The position numbers and the translations under genes are program-made. Source: an uncultured delta proteobacterium (GTDB lineage: Bacteria > Myxococcota_A > Polyangia > Polyangiales > Polyangiaceae). From it: DNA of 64,000 nucleotides. The notes beneath the pieces were generated by a model. The model saw only the letters and a list, made by a program, of their open reading frames with translations. It searched no databases and was not told the DNA's origin. Shown in pieces: positions 21,781 through 33,932 of the stretch. The stretch's first letter is position 1, and each line of letters opens with the position of its first letter. Location: positions 480,001-544,000 of the forward strand of contig CAWAIF010000003.1 in the NCBI GenBank assembly GCA_963782055.1, read 5' to 3'.

Positions 21781-23310
21781 GTGAGCCAACCGAAGACCGC
21801 CATCACCCCGACCCGCGCCGAGGACTACGCCGAGTGGTACCAGCAGGTGGTCCGCGCGGCCGATCTCGCCGAGAGCTCGCCCGTCCGCGGCTGCATGATC
21901 ATCAAGCCGTGGGGCTACGCGCTCTGGGAGAACATCCAGCGCGAGCTCGACCGCATGTTCAAGGAGACGGGCCACAAGAACGCCTACTTCCCGCTCTTCA
22001 TCCCCAAGTCCTTCCTGGAGAAGGAGGCGGAGCACGTCGAGGGGTTCGCCAAGGAGTGCGCGGTCGTCACCCACCACCGGCTCGTCGCCGGCCCGGGCGG
22101 CGGGCTCATCCCCGACCCGGAGGCGAAGCTGGAGGAGCCGCTCATCGTGCGGCCCACGTCGGAGACGATCATCGGCGCCGCCTTCGCGAGCTGGGTGCAG
22201 AGCTACCGTGACCTGCCGCTGCTCATCAACCAGTGGGCCAACGTGGTGCGCTGGGAGCTGCGCACGCGCCTCTTCCTGCGCACCTCCGAGTTCCTCTGGC
22301 AGGAGGGCCACACCGCCCACGCGACGGAGGCGGAGGCGCGGGAGGAGACCGCGCGCATGCTCGGCGTCTACGCCACCTTCGCCCGCGACTTCCTCGCGAT
22401 GCCCGTCATCAAGGGCCCGAAGTCCGCCGGCGAGCGCTTCCCCGGCGCCGTCGACACGTACGCCATCGAGGGGATGATGCAGGACCGCAAGGCCTTGCAG
22501 GCGGGGACCTCCCACTTCCTCGGCCAGAACTTCTCCCACGCCAGCGGCATCAAGTTCCAGAACAAGCAGGAGCAGGAGGAGTACGCGTGGACGACGTCGT
22601 GGGGCGTCTCCACGCGCCTCGTCGGCGGCCTGGTGATGACCCACGCCGACGACGACGGCCTGGTCATCCCGCCGCGCCTCGCCCCCGCGCACGTGGTCCT
22701 CTGGCCGGTCCTTCGTGGCGACGACACCAAGGCGCAGGTGCTGGAGTACGTCGACGCGCTGGCGAAGGAGCTGCGCGCGCGCACCGTGTTCGGCCGCGCC
22801 GTCGAGGTGGAGGTCGATCTGCGCGACGTGCGTGGCGGCGACAAGCAGTGGGAGTGGGTGAAGAAGGGCGTGCCGCTTCGCATCGAGGTCGGCCCGCGCG
22901 ACGTCGCGGCGGGCGTCGCCATGGTCGCCCGGCGCGATCGCGGCCCGAAGGAGAAGGAGAGCGTCCCCCGCGCGGAGATCGGCGCGCGCGTCGTGGCGAT
23001 GCTGGAGGAGATGCAGGCGGGCCTGCTCGCCCGCGCGACCAAGCTGCGCGACGACGCCACGCGCGTCGTCGACGACTGGGCGTCGCTGGAGCGCTTCTTC
23101 GAGAAGGACGGCGGCGGCTTCGCCCTGGTCCACTGGGACGGCACGCCGGAGAGCGAGGCGCGCTTCAAGGACGCGCTCAAGGCGACCATCCGCTGCATCG
23201 TCGAGCCGGAGCCCGGCGCCCCGTGGTCCGACGCCGTGCTCCAGCAGGGCAAGTGCATCGTCTCGGGCAAGCCGAGCCCCCGCCGCGTCGTGGTCGCGCG
23301 CGCGTACTGA
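21781..23310 (+). CDS. proS: Proline--tRNA ligase, archaeal/eukaryote-like type
   Basis: VRPTSET, QWANVVRWE, FLRTSEFLWQEGHT, QAGTSHFLGQNF, SWGVSTRL; C-terminal Tyr (RAY). Confidence 0.97.
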   Translation: MSQPKTAITPTRAEDYAEWYQQVVRAADLAESSPVRGCMIIKPWGYALWENIQRELDRMFKETGHKNAYFPLFIPKSFLEKEAEHVEGFAKECAVVTHHRLVAGPGGGLIPDPEAKLEEPLIVRPTSETIIGAAFASWVQSYRDLPLLINQWANVVRWELRTRLFLRTSEFLWQEGHTAHATEAEAREETARMLGVYATFARDFLAMPVIKGPKSAGERFPGAVDTYAIEGMMQDRKALQAGTSHFLGQNFSHASGIKFQNKQEQEEYAWTTSWGVSTRLVGGLVMTHADDDGLVIPPRLAPAHVVLWPVLRGDDTKAQVLEYVDALAKELRARTVFGRAVEVEVDLRDVRGGDKQWEWVKKGVPLRIEVGPRDVAAGVAMVARRDRGPKEKESVPRAEIGARVVAMLEEMQAGLLARATKLRDDATRVVDDWASLERFFEKDGGGFALVHWDGTPESEARFKDALKATIRCIVEPEPGAPWSDAVLQQGKCIVSGKPSPRRVVVARAY

Positions 23311-23326
23311 ATCGAGTGAGCTGGCG

Positions 23327-24310
23327 TCAGTCCCCTGCCGGGAACGCACAGCGGAATCCGGTGTACCAGAAGGCCTTCCAGCGAGTGTCTTTCAGGTCCT
23401 TGCTGGACAGCGCAGGGTGAACAATCCAAGCGTTTCCGCCGATACTGGTGGCTTGCTGGTCGGGCTGCGCCAGGAGGAATCCTAGGACGTCTCCGAGTTG
23501 CCACGAGAACGCGGTGCCGAACGTCGACTGGGGCAGATACGAGACCGGGTCCGCGGAGCCATCCTGCAAAGTACAGAACTCCGGTTCACCCAGACGAGCC
23601 GCTGCCGAACGAGTCCACTCCCCCGCGTTACCCCACAAGTCCACATGTCCGTAAGGCCCGACGTCCCATGACGTGGTACCGACGGCGACGGGCGCCCGCC
23701 CGTTCTGGCCGGCTGCCCGTGTCTCCCTTGCCAGGTCAGCGCAGATGGCGTCGGAGGCCCCGGCGAGGCACCGATCCCAGGCCGCTCGCACGGCCGGAAT
23801 TCCCCAGCCCGGTGTCCCGCCCGTCGCCGCGCGCGTCCACTGCGCGTCGGAGGGCAGATCGCCGCCGTACTGCTGGCAGAAGCTGCGCGCCTGTGCCCAG
23901 GTCACCGAGACCGGCACCGCCGGGTCGGCGGGCGGGTCGACCGAGTCCTGAACGTCCTGACCGACGAGCCCCTTCGGCGAATCGCATGCGCCCTCCTGCA
24001 TGCAGTCCGCCCACATGGCGTGCGTCACCTCGGTGCGCATCAAACGAAAGGAGTTGACGTAGAAGCGCCGCACGACGCCGTCGTAGGAGCAGTCGACCGC
24101 GGGGCTCCAGGCGCGCGTCTTGACATCCACCAGGAAGGAGCCGACATCCGTCATTCCTGCGGGCACGAGGAGAGTGTCGAGGCTCGCGGGCGGCGGCGTC
24201 GCCGCGTCGCCGAACACGTCGGCATCGGGCGGGCCAGCGGGCGTCACTTCGCCGCCGCAGGCACCGGCGGCGACGACGAGCAACCCGAGGACCACCGCTC
24301 CCTCCCGCAT
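23327..24310 (-). CDS. Formylglycine-generating-enzyme (SUMF1/FGE-sulfatase) fold lipoprotein
   Basis: Lipobox AAGA-C; RTEVT, VTWAQARSFC, LPSDAQW, GNAGEW, GFRCA; TGATG coupling with the upstream gene. Confidence 0.85.
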   Translation of the reverse strand: MREGAVVLGLLVVAAGACGGEVTPAGPPDADVFGDAATPPPASLDTLLVPAGMTDVGSFLVDVKTRAWSPAVDCSYDGVVRRFYVNSFRLMRTEVTHAMWADCMQEGACDSPKGLVGQDVQDSVDPPADPAVPVSVTWAQARSFCQQYGGDLPSDAQWTRAATGGTPGWGIPAVRAAWDRCLAGASDAICADLARETRAAGQNGRAPVAVGTTSWDVGPYGHVDLWGNAGEWTRSAAARLGEPEFCTLQDGSADPVSYLPQSTFGTAFSWQLGDVLGFLLAQPDQQATSIGGNAWIVHPALSSKDLKDTRWKAFWYTGFRCAFPAGD

Positions 24311-25648
24311 CACCAACCCTCGTCGTTGGAGCGGTTCATGGCCGCCGGATAGGCGGTGCTGCACTCCTTCGAGCCGGGATCACCCGGGTTGGCGCACATC
24401 AGGCTGTAGCCGGGAGGACAGTTGCCCACCGTGCACTGACCCGGTATCAGGGTCCCGGTATAGGCCTCGCACAGGCCCAGTGCGTGGCCCAGCTCGTGCG
24501 AGAGCACGAATGGCTTGGCGTCGCGCCCGACGCAGACGAGACCGCCGTTGAACCGACCATCGCCCTCGTCATCAATCCCAATGGCCTGTGGGCAGTTGCA
24601 CGTCTGCATGAAGACGACGCGAATCGGCACTCCTGGCATCTCAAGGTTATGTGCGTTGGCGTAACCTTCGGCGCGGTGCATCGGCTCATTGTCGCCGAAC
24701 GTGTCGCAAGTGCCCTGCTGCGCAACGACATACGAATCGTCGGGCGCCTCGAACTCCACGTAGTGCACCATGCGGAACTGGATCCCGCAGCGATCCCACA
24801 CCGAGTCCGGCGTGTAGACCTCGCTGTAGTTGTAATGCCCGGTCTTGTCCCGGTTCGGCCACACAGTGATATTGGGGTTCCAGTTCTCGTTGGGCTTCTT
24901 GGGCGGCGTCCAGCTCCGCGCCACCGTGCTCAGCTCCGATCCCGAGCTGGTGGGGATGTCGATCTCGCTGTTCTCCGTCGGCTCGGAGCCTAGATCCCAG
25001 AGGACCTTCTGGAACGCAAGGCGGCGGTCCGTCTGCGGGTAGTGCGCGGTGTAGGGGACGATGACCTCGACCGGCACGAGCGCCACGCTCGGATCGAGCT
25101 GGACGTCGAAGGCCAGCGCCCCGAGCCGCCGCGTCATGTCGGGGAGCTTCTGCACCAGGGTGATGGTGAGCGGCGTATGGCCCAGCCGGACCGCGTGCGT
25201 GTCGAAGGGTACGTCGCCGTCGGCCGTGATCGGGACCGGCGCCCAGTAGCCGGCCTGGTTCGGCCAGGGGTAGAGCAGGTCGTTGACGGACCCGACCGCG
25301 CCGGATGTCCCGTCCGCGTTCGCCGGGTCCGCGCCGCCAGTCGCCTCGACCAGGAAGTCCGACTTGGAGAACTTGAAGTCGTACGGCGCGAGGTTGCCGA
25401 ACACCTCCTGAGGCGAGGTCACGGTCCCGCTCTGGGCCGGAACGTACTGGAGCAGCTCCTTGAAGTGGATGTTCGGGTTATCCAGCTCCGAGTACACGAG
25501 CGTCGGGCTAGCAGGCGTGCCGGTCTCCACCTGGCTGGTGTTCGGGTCTACGCCCGGCTGGCCACAACCCCCCCCCGCCGGTCGGGTTGCAGGCAACCGC
25601 GACCACCACGCCGGCCGCGCTCCACGAAAGCCTCGCTGCTCGCCCCAT
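24310..25648 (-). pseudogene. Cys-rich zinc metalloprotease-like lipoprotein, frameshifted at a G9 tract (25568-25576)
   Basis: SD GGAGG before ATG at 25648; MGRAARLSWSAAGVVVAVA-C lipobox; that frame stops at 25508-25510 unless one G is removed, which fuses it to the 428-aa ORF carrying HELGHALGL and an SLM Met-turn. Confidence 0.7.
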
Positions 25649-25783
25649 GAGTCCCTCCGCGAGTTGAGTCTACATCAGCGTAGCACCGCACCACGACCGT
25701 GGGCATCGAAAGCGGGAGCGCCGGAAAGAGGTGCCGAAAGGTGCGCGGCCCGACCGTCCTACGGCCGGCACCGCGAGCGCCGA

Positions 25784-26056
25784 CTACCGCCGCTTCTCCT
25801 TGCGGAGCTCGGCGATCTCCTCCTCCAGCTTGCGCACGGTGCGCTGGAGGTCCTTCACCTCGTCCTCGGTGGCCAGCGCCATCGCCTTGGCGATGCGCTC
25901 CACCTGATCGCTCGTGAAGCTCGTCACCTTGCCGGGCACGCTCATGGCCTTCATCACGGCCTTCATGACGCGCTCGTCCTGCATCAGCTTCATGACGCGC
26001 GGGTCGGTCATCAGCTTCATGCCCTGCTTCACCAGCGACTTCTTGATCGAGCTCAT
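25784..26056 (-). CDS. Small hypothetical protein with C-terminal coiled coil
   Basis: Clean high-GC3 ORF; LATEDEVKDLQRTVRKLEEEI. Confidence 0.75.
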   Translation of the reverse strand: MSSIKKSLVKQGMKLMTDPRVMKLMQDERVMKAVMKAMSVPGKVTSFTSDQVERIAKAMALATEDEVKDLQRTVRKLEEEIAELRKEKRR

Positions 26057-26102
26057 GGGTGGGACAAGCCTTACCGAAGGCCCGCGGCGGGCGCAACCAC
26101 GC

Positions 26103-26768
26103 TCACGCCGACCGCGGGCGCTCCAGCGTCCAGTGCCGGTCGCTCACCCGCGCCACGCGCGCGTCGCCCAGGCCGGCCTCGCGCGCCAGCGCGGCGACCT
26201 CCTCCAGGGTGAGGGCGGCGCAGAGGGAGTCGAAGAAGAGCTGCTTCTGCCGCGGGCCGTCACCGGCGGCCACGCGCTCGACGGTGGCCCACGCCTCCTC
26301 GGTCGTCTCCGGGCGGATCAGGTCTCGCACGATGACGGCGCCCCCTGGCCTGACCACGCGCGCGAGCTCGCGCAGCAGCGCGATGGGCTCCGGCACGTGG
26401 TGCACGGCGGAGTTGCACATGACCATGTCGAAGCGGCCGGCGTCGAAGGGGAGCGCCTTGCCGTCCACTCGCTCGAGGCTGCACTGCGCGGAGAGGCCCG
26501 CGTCCGCCACCTTCCGCGCCGCGAGGCGCAGCATCTCTCCGGCGAGGTCCACGCCCACCACGCGCAGCCGCGCATCCCGCCGGAGCATGCGCACCGGGAT
26601 GTCGGCGGTGCCCGTCCCGACGTCGAGCACCTCGGCGCCCGGCCGCTCGCCGAGGAGGGCGAGCGCGTCCTCGGCGAAGCGCCCGTTGGGCGCCGCGAAG
26701 TCCATCGCGTCGTACTCCGCGGCGTCCTCGGCCGTGTCCATCACCTCCGGCTCGAGGACGCGCTTCAT
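26103..26768 (-). CDS. Class I SAM-dependent methyltransferase
   Basis: RVLEPEVMD start, VLDVGTGTA motif I, LPFDAGRFD, LVRVVRPGG-type motif. Confidence 0.9.
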   Translation of the reverse strand: MKRVLEPEVMDTAEDAAEYDAMDFAAPNGRFAEDALALLGERPGAEVLDVGTGTADIPVRMLRRDARLRVVGVDLAGEMLRLAARKVADAGLSAQCSLERVDGKALPFDAGRFDMVMCNSAVHHVPEPIALLRELARVVRPGGAVIVRDLIRPETTEEAWATVERVAAGDGPRQKQLFFDSLCAALTLEEVAALAREAGLGDARVARVSDRHWTLERPRSA

Positions 26769-26791
26769 GACGCTCGCTCCGGGGCGGGGGA

Positions 26792-28855
<2,064 letters not shown>

Positions 28856-29268
28856 CTGGTGTCTCCTCGCCCGCGGACGACGGCCGCGGCGCCTTGGTTC
28901 GGGCAAAGAGTAACACCGCGGGTTCATTCCCGCTCCCGGCATCGATCCGCCTCGCGGCCGGTCCGCACTCCCTGGGCCGAGCCCGCCGACGCGCGAGCCG
29001 CCGATCATGTGCATGCTAATGATCTGGCGGTTGCGCGGCAGCAGGCAGGGGGTATCGCCGAGCCTCTCGGGGGAGGAACCGGGTGGCGGATGGGTAGGAT
29101 CTGGACGATCGGCCCGACTGTGACAGTTCGGCACGCCGGCACCCCCTCCGCGCGTTCACACCTGGGCTGGCCATCGCAAGAGAACTTTGCGAAATCCCGG
29201 CCTTTACGCGCGTTGCTCGAGCTCTGGCGCGGGCCTAAGCTTTGCTTGGAACAGGAAGGAGCCTCGTC

Positions 29269-30816
29269 ATGTCTTTGTCCTCAGCCCTCGCCCGCATTGC
29301 TCCCATGGCCGTGGTGGGCCTGGTCGCGGCCACGCTGACAGGGTGCGGGACCTACTATTACGACAGCCCTCCGGCGGCCTACGGCGAGTCGGGCGGCGCC
29401 TACGGGGACGATCAAGGCAACGGGGTGACCGTGGAGGGCTCTGCCAATGTGACAGAGGACGGCACGGTCGTTGACGGTGATGGCCAGGAGGTCGTGGTCG
29501 GGGCCGACGAAGACGAGTACGCCGACACCAATCCCTCCGCCCTGACCGACTTCCGCGCCACCCTCGACCCGTACGGCACCTGGGTGGAGGACCCCACCTA
29601 CGGCACCGTCTGGGTCCCCGCCGCCACGGTCGTCGGCGCCGATTTCGCCCCGTACGTCACCGCCGGGCACTGGGTCTACGGCGACGATTACGTCTGGGTC
29701 AGCGACTACGACTGGGGCTGGGTCCCCTTCCACTACGGGCGCTGGGTCTACGTCGACAGCCGCGGCTGGGCGTGGATCCCCGGCCGCGAGTACGCCGGCG
29801 CGTGGGTCTCCTGGCGCGTGGGGGACGACGACTACGACTACGTCGGCTGGGGGCCCATGGCGCCCACCTGGTACTGGCGCGGCGGCGTCGCCTACCGCTT
29901 CGGCTTCGATGTCTTCACGCCCTACACCTTCTGCGACCGCGACGACCTCTTCGATCACCACGTCGGGCGGCACGTCATTCGCGGCCCGCGCGTCCACAAC
30001 ATCGCGACCCGCACGCGGCCGTGGAACCCCGGGCATCCCGGCGTCGGCGGCCCGCACCGTACCCCCGCGCATCCGGGCGTCGGCGGCCCGCATCGCACCC
30101 CCGCGTCGCCGGAGGTGGGGCCGCCGCATCACGGCGCCTCGCCCGCCCGCGTGCCGATGGGCCCGCCCCCCTCGTCACTCGGGCTGAAGGCGTCCAGCGT
30201 CGTTCGCGCGCCGGCGTCGGACGCCGGGCTCACCCGCGCGCTCGCCTACTCGCGGCCCAGCTCCGCCGCGCGGTTCGGGGCGCACGCGCCGCAGCACTTC
30301 GCGGGAACGGGCCGCCCCATCGCCCACACGACGACCATCGGCCGGCAGCCGGGCGCCTACTCGCGCCCCGCAGCGACAGCCCCGCGCTACGTGCAGGGCG
30401 GCCACGTCTACCAGTCCCCCTACCAGGTCCAGCGGCCGTCGCCCGTCTATCGCTCCTCCGGCACCCACTACACCCGGCCGACGCAGAGCTACCGCGCGCC
30501 GCAGTACACGCGGCCGACGCAGAGCTACCACGCGCCCGCGCCGTCCTCGCGCAGCAGCTGGCCCACGCAGAGCTACCACTCGCCCTCTCGCTCGTCGTCG
30601 TCCTCGTACCGCGCGCCGACGTACCACTCCTCTGCGCCGTCGCGCTCCTACCACTCCTCCGCGCCGTCGCGCTCCTACCACTCCTCCGCGCCCACCCGCT
30701 CCTTCCGCTCCTCGTACCACGGCTCCTCTTCCAGCTCCTCTTCGTCTTCGTCTTCGTCTTCGTCGCATCATGCGGCGTCTTCACACCACGCCGGCGGCGC
30801 CTCACGGCGCCGCTGA
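29269..30816 (+). CDS. DUF6600-like Trp/Tyr-rich lipoprotein with low-complexity Ser/His/Pro tail
   Basis: Lipobox LTG-C; LDPYGTWVEDPTYGTVWVP, WGWVPFHYGRW and AWVSWR motifs. Confidence 0.8.
   Translation: MSLSSALARIAPMAVVGLVAATLTGCGTYYYDSPPAAYGESGGAYGDDQGNGVTVEGSANVTEDGTVVDGDGQEVVVGADEDEYADTNPSALTDFRATLDPYGTWVEDPTYGTVWVPAATVVGADFAPYVTAGHWVYGDDYVWVSDYDWGWVPFHYGRWVYVDSRGWAWIPGREYAGAWVSWRVGDDDYDYVGWGPMAPTWYWRGGVAYRFGFDVFTPYTFCDRDDLFDHHVGRHVIRGPRVHNIATRTRPWNPGHPGVGGPHRTPAHPGVGGPHRTPASPEVGPPHHGASPARVPMGPPPSSLGLKASSVVRAPASDAGLTRALAYSRPSSAARFGAHAPQHFAGTGRPIAHTTTIGRQPGAYSRPAATAPRYVQGGHVYQSPYQVQRPSPVYRSSGTHYTRPTQSYRAPQYTRPTQSYHAPAPSSRSSWPTQSYHSPSRSSSSSYRAPTYHSSAPSRSYHSSAPSRSYHSSAPTRSFRSSYHGSSSSSSSSSSSSSSHHAASSHHAGGASRRR
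30033..30104 (+). repeat. 36-bp tandem duplication (HPGVGGPHRTPA x2)
   Basis: Near-identical units start at 30033 and 30069. Confidence 0.85.
30622..30702 (+). repeat. 27-bp tandem repeat x3 (YHSSAPS/TRS)
   Basis: taccactcctc units at 30622, 30649 and 30676. Confidence 0.85.
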
Positions 30817-30828
30817 ACGGAGTCCAGC

Positions 30829-31392
30829 ATGCGTGTCCCGTCGCTTCTCGCCGTGAGCCTCGCCGTCCCCCTCGTCGTCGCGTGCACCGTGACGACGCAT
30901 CACGGGGACCCGCCCCCCACGCCCCAGCCCACGCCGACGAGCAACCCGAACGTCGACCCCCTCACCGTGGTGGTGGACACCGACCAGACCATGACCGCCG
31001 CCGGCGGCGACGGCGTGGGCGTGTTCGTCGAGTACCAGAAGGGCGGGCACTGGCACATGTGGTGGACGTGCGACACCAACACCAGCGGCTACGACTGCGC
31101 GTTCGACATCAACGTCACGTCGTCCTCCATCAGCAACCCGGTGACCGAGCAGTTCGCCTCGAGCGACTCCCTCGTGCCGAGCGCGGGCTCGCTGCGCATC
31201 AGCACCGACACGACGACGACGGCGCCCGGGGTGACCTTCGACACCAGCGCCGGCGACACCATCCAGATCGACGTGACCATGAGCGGCATCCGCGACGGCA
31301 AGTTCTTCTTCTTCGTGCAGGACGGCGTGGTCAACGGCGGCTACTCCGGGCAGCTCACCGACCCGCTCATCTTCGAGCCCTCCACGCCTTGA
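30829..31392 (+). CDS. Hypothetical beta-rich lipoprotein
   Basis: Lipobox LVVA-C, Pro/Thr linker, beta-sandwich-like composition with a Cys pair. Confidence 0.75.
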   Translation: MRVPSLLAVSLAVPLVVACTVTTHHGDPPPTPQPTPTSNPNVDPLTVVVDTDQTMTAAGGDGVGVFVEYQKGGHWHMWWTCDTNTSGYDCAFDINVTSSSISNPVTEQFASSDSLVPSAGSLRISTDTTTTAPGVTFDTSAGDTIQIDVTMSGIRDGKFFFFVQDGVVNGGYSGQLTDPLIFEPSTP

Positions 31393-31399
31393 GCGCCGC

Positions 31400-31930
31400 G
31401 TGACCCATCGCTACGCGGTTGGCCTGGGGGGGAACCTGGGCGATCGCCTGGGCACGCTGCGCGAGGCCGCGCGGCGGCTCGCGGCGGCCGGAACGGTGGT
31501 GCGCGTCTCGCGCGTCTACGAGACCGAGCCCGTCGGCCCCCCGCAGCCGCGCTTCCTGAACGCCGTCGCGCTCCTGCAGAGCGATCTGGAGCCGCCCGCG
31601 CTGATGCGTGTGCTGCTCGACGTGGAGCGCGACCTCGGCCGCGTCCGCGAAGAGGAAGCCGAGCGCTGGGGCCCGCGCGTCATCGACCTGGACCTCCTGG
31701 TCTGGGAGGGCGCGCCGTACGTGCACCCGGACATCACCATCCCGCACCCCCGCCTGCGCGAGCGCGCCTTCGCCCTCATCCCCCTGCGTGACGTCTGGCC
31801 CGAGGCGCTCGACCCGTCCACCGGCGAGCCCTGGGGCCCCGCCCCCAACCCCGGCGTCGAGCCGACCGGGGACGCCCTCCTCCTCCCTCAGGGAGAGGGG
31901 GCCGGGACGCCGCCGTTACCGGCTCGTTGA
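31400..31930 (+). CDS. folK: 2-amino-4-hydroxy-6-hydroxymethyldihydropteridine diphosphokinase
   Basis: GLGGNLGDR, YETEP, FLNAV, WGPRVIDLDLL, IPHPRLRERAF. Confidence 0.96.
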   Translation: MTHRYAVGLGGNLGDRLGTLREAARRLAAAGTVVRVSRVYETEPVGPPQPRFLNAVALLQSDLEPPALMRVLLDVERDLGRVREEEAERWGPRVIDLDLLVWEGAPYVHPDITIPHPRLRERAFALIPLRDVWPEALDPSTGEPWGPAPNPGVEPTGDALLLPQGEGAGTPPLPAR

Positions 31931-31987
31931 GCTTCACAGAGAGATCGGAAGATCAAGAAGCTGGAGGTTTGACGGCGACGAGCGGGT

Positions 31988-33925
31988 TCACAACCCGAAG
32001 GACCGCAGCTTCTTGTGCAGCCCCTCGCGGGTGATGCCGAGCGACTTCGCCGCCGCCGTCTTGTTGTTCTGGTGCTCGCGCAAGGCCTCGATCAAAAGCC
32101 ACCGCTCCACCTGATCCATCATCTCCTTGAGCGTCCCCTTGGCGGGCTTCACGCGATCCAGCGTGCCCTCCACCTGCCGCACACGCGGGGAGAGCAGGTC
32201 CGGCGTGATGAAGCCGCCGGGATCGATCTGGATCACCAGGCGCTGCACCTCGTTCTGTAGCTCGCGCACGTTGCCGGGCCAGTCGTAGGTCTGGAGCAGC
32301 TCCATCGCCTGCTGCGAGTACCCGCCGGCGGGCTTGCCCAGCTCCTGGGCGAAGCGCTTGAGGAAGTACTCGGCGAGCAGCGGAATGTCCTCGCGGCGCT
32401 CACGCAGCGGCGGCACGCGCAGGGGGAAGACCTTCAGACGGTAGTAGAGGTCCTCGCGGAAGCGGCCCTCCGCCACCTCCTTCTCCAGGTTGCGGTTGGT
32501 CGCGGCGACGATGCGCACGTCGACCTTCTTCTCCTGCGTCGCGCCGATGGGGCGGATCTCGCCCTCCTGCAGGGCACGCAGCAGCTTGGACTGCAGCGAC
32601 AGAGGCATCTCCGTCACCTCGTCCAGGAAGAGCGTGCCGCCGTCGGCGATCTCGAACAGGCCCTTCTTCTCCTCGTGGGCGCCGGTGAACGCGCCCTTCT
32701 TGTGGCCGAAGAGCTCGCTCTCCAGCAGGTTCTCCGGCATGGCCGCGCAGTTCTGCCCGACGAAGAGCTTGTCCCGGCGCTTCGACCGGTAGTGCACCGC
32801 CGCGGCCACCAGCTCCTTGCCGACGCCCGTCTCGCCCTCGATGAGCACCGTGACGCGCGTGTCCACCACCTTGTCGAGCTGACCGAGCAGGGTGCGTATC
32901 GCCGAGGAGGTGCCGATGATCTCCTGCTTGGCGCCGCCGCGCCCGCCGGTGCGGCGCTCCTGCTCGCGGCCCTTGAGGAACTGGTTCTCCTTGCGCAGCC
33001 GCTCCTCTGCGGCGCGCAGCCGGCGGACGAGGCGCGCGTTGGCGACCGCGAGGGAGGCGTTGTGCGCGAGCACCGCGATGAGCTCCAGGTCCTGCGAGGT
33101 GAAGACGCCGGTGGACTCGCGGTTGTCCAGCTGCAAGACGCCGAGGATCTCGTTGCCCTTCCAGAGCGGCACCGCCATCGTCGAGCGGATGCTCGCGCCC
33201 ATGAGCGACTCCGACTGGCCGACCTCCCGAGGGGCGTCCGCCGCGACGACCGCCGCGCGCTCGGTGATGACCTTGCGGAAGACGCTGCGGGTGATCGGGA
33301 TGGGGCCGGAGGGCTGCGGCTCGCCGCGCACGCGCGTCAGGATGGGCACGTAGGCCTGCGGCTTGGACCCCGCGTCCTCCTCGTCGTCGTCGCGGAGAAT
33401 GAGGGTGACGTGCGTGGCGCGCACCACGAGCGCGAGCACGGCGTCGGCGACGGCGGAGAGCACGTCGGCGAGGTCCTCGGCGGCGCCTATCTTCTTTTGC
33501 GCCTCGTAGAGGGCGCGCAGGCGGCTGGCGTCCTGCTCGATCTTGCTCGTCGCCGGGGCGATCTCGTCGATGCGGCGCACCGCGAGCACGCGCGCGTCCT
33601 CGTCCTCCTGCAGCGTGACCTTGAAGCGTACGCCCAGGTCGCCCTTGCCGAGCTCGACCACGTCCCCGGACTCGAGCGGGAAGGGGGCCTCGCCGTCGAC
33701 GCTGGTGTGCTCCCCGCCGCGCACGACGGCGGTGCCGTTGGTGGAGCCCAGGTCGAACAGGACGTAGCGCTCCCCCACGAACTGGATGCGCGCGTGATCT
33801 CCGGAGACGTGGTCATCGGGGAGAAGGAGGTCGTTGCCCTCGGCCCGACCGACACGAACGACGTCGGCCTCCGACTCGAGCCGCTTTCCCTTGGCCTGTC
33901 CGCTCTCGACCTCGATCCGGATCAT
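31988..33925 (-). CDS. FHA-GAF sigma54-dependent activator
   Basis: FHA ([17 protein letters not shown]), [28 protein letters not shown]. Confidence 0.95.
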   Translation of the reverse strand: MIRIEVESGQAKGKRLESEADVVRVGRAEGNDLLLPDDHVSGDHARIQFVGERYVLFDLGSTNGTAVVRGGEHTSVDGEAPFPLESGDVVELGKGDLGVRFKVTLQEDEDARVLAVRRIDEIAPATSKIEQDASRLRALYEAQKKIGAAEDLADVLSAVADAVLALVVRATHVTLILRDDDEEDAGSKPQAYVPILTRVRGEPQPSGPIPITRSVFRKVITERAAVVAADAPREVGQSESLMGASIRSTMAVPLWKGNEILGVLQLDNRESTGVFTSQDLELIAVLAHNASLAVANARLVRRLRAAEERLRKENQFLKGREQERRTGGRGGAKQEIIGTSSAIRTLLGQLDKVVDTRVTVLIEGETGVGKELVAAAVHYRSKRRDKLFVGQNCAAMPENLLESELFGHKKGAFTGAHEEKKGLFEIADGGTLFLDEVTEMPLSLQSKLLRALQEGEIRPIGATQEKKVDVRIVAATNRNLEKEVAEGRFREDLYYRLKVFPLRVPPLRERREDIPLLAEYFLKRFAQELGKPAGGYSQQAMELLQTYDWPGNVRELQNEVQRLVIQIDPGGFITPDLLSPRVRQVEGTLDRVKPAKGTLKEMMDQVERWLLIEALREHQNNKTAAAKSLGITREGLHKKLRSFGL

Positions 33926-33932
33926 GCGGTGG

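Noticed and set aside
23327..24310. FGE/C-lectin-fold gene as a diversity-generating retroelement target
   Set aside because: No template repeat or reverse transcriptase is visible in the window; a remote DGR cannot be excluded
30033..30770. Tandem repeats as a CRISPR array
   Set aside because: In-frame coding repeats without unique spacers; no cas genes
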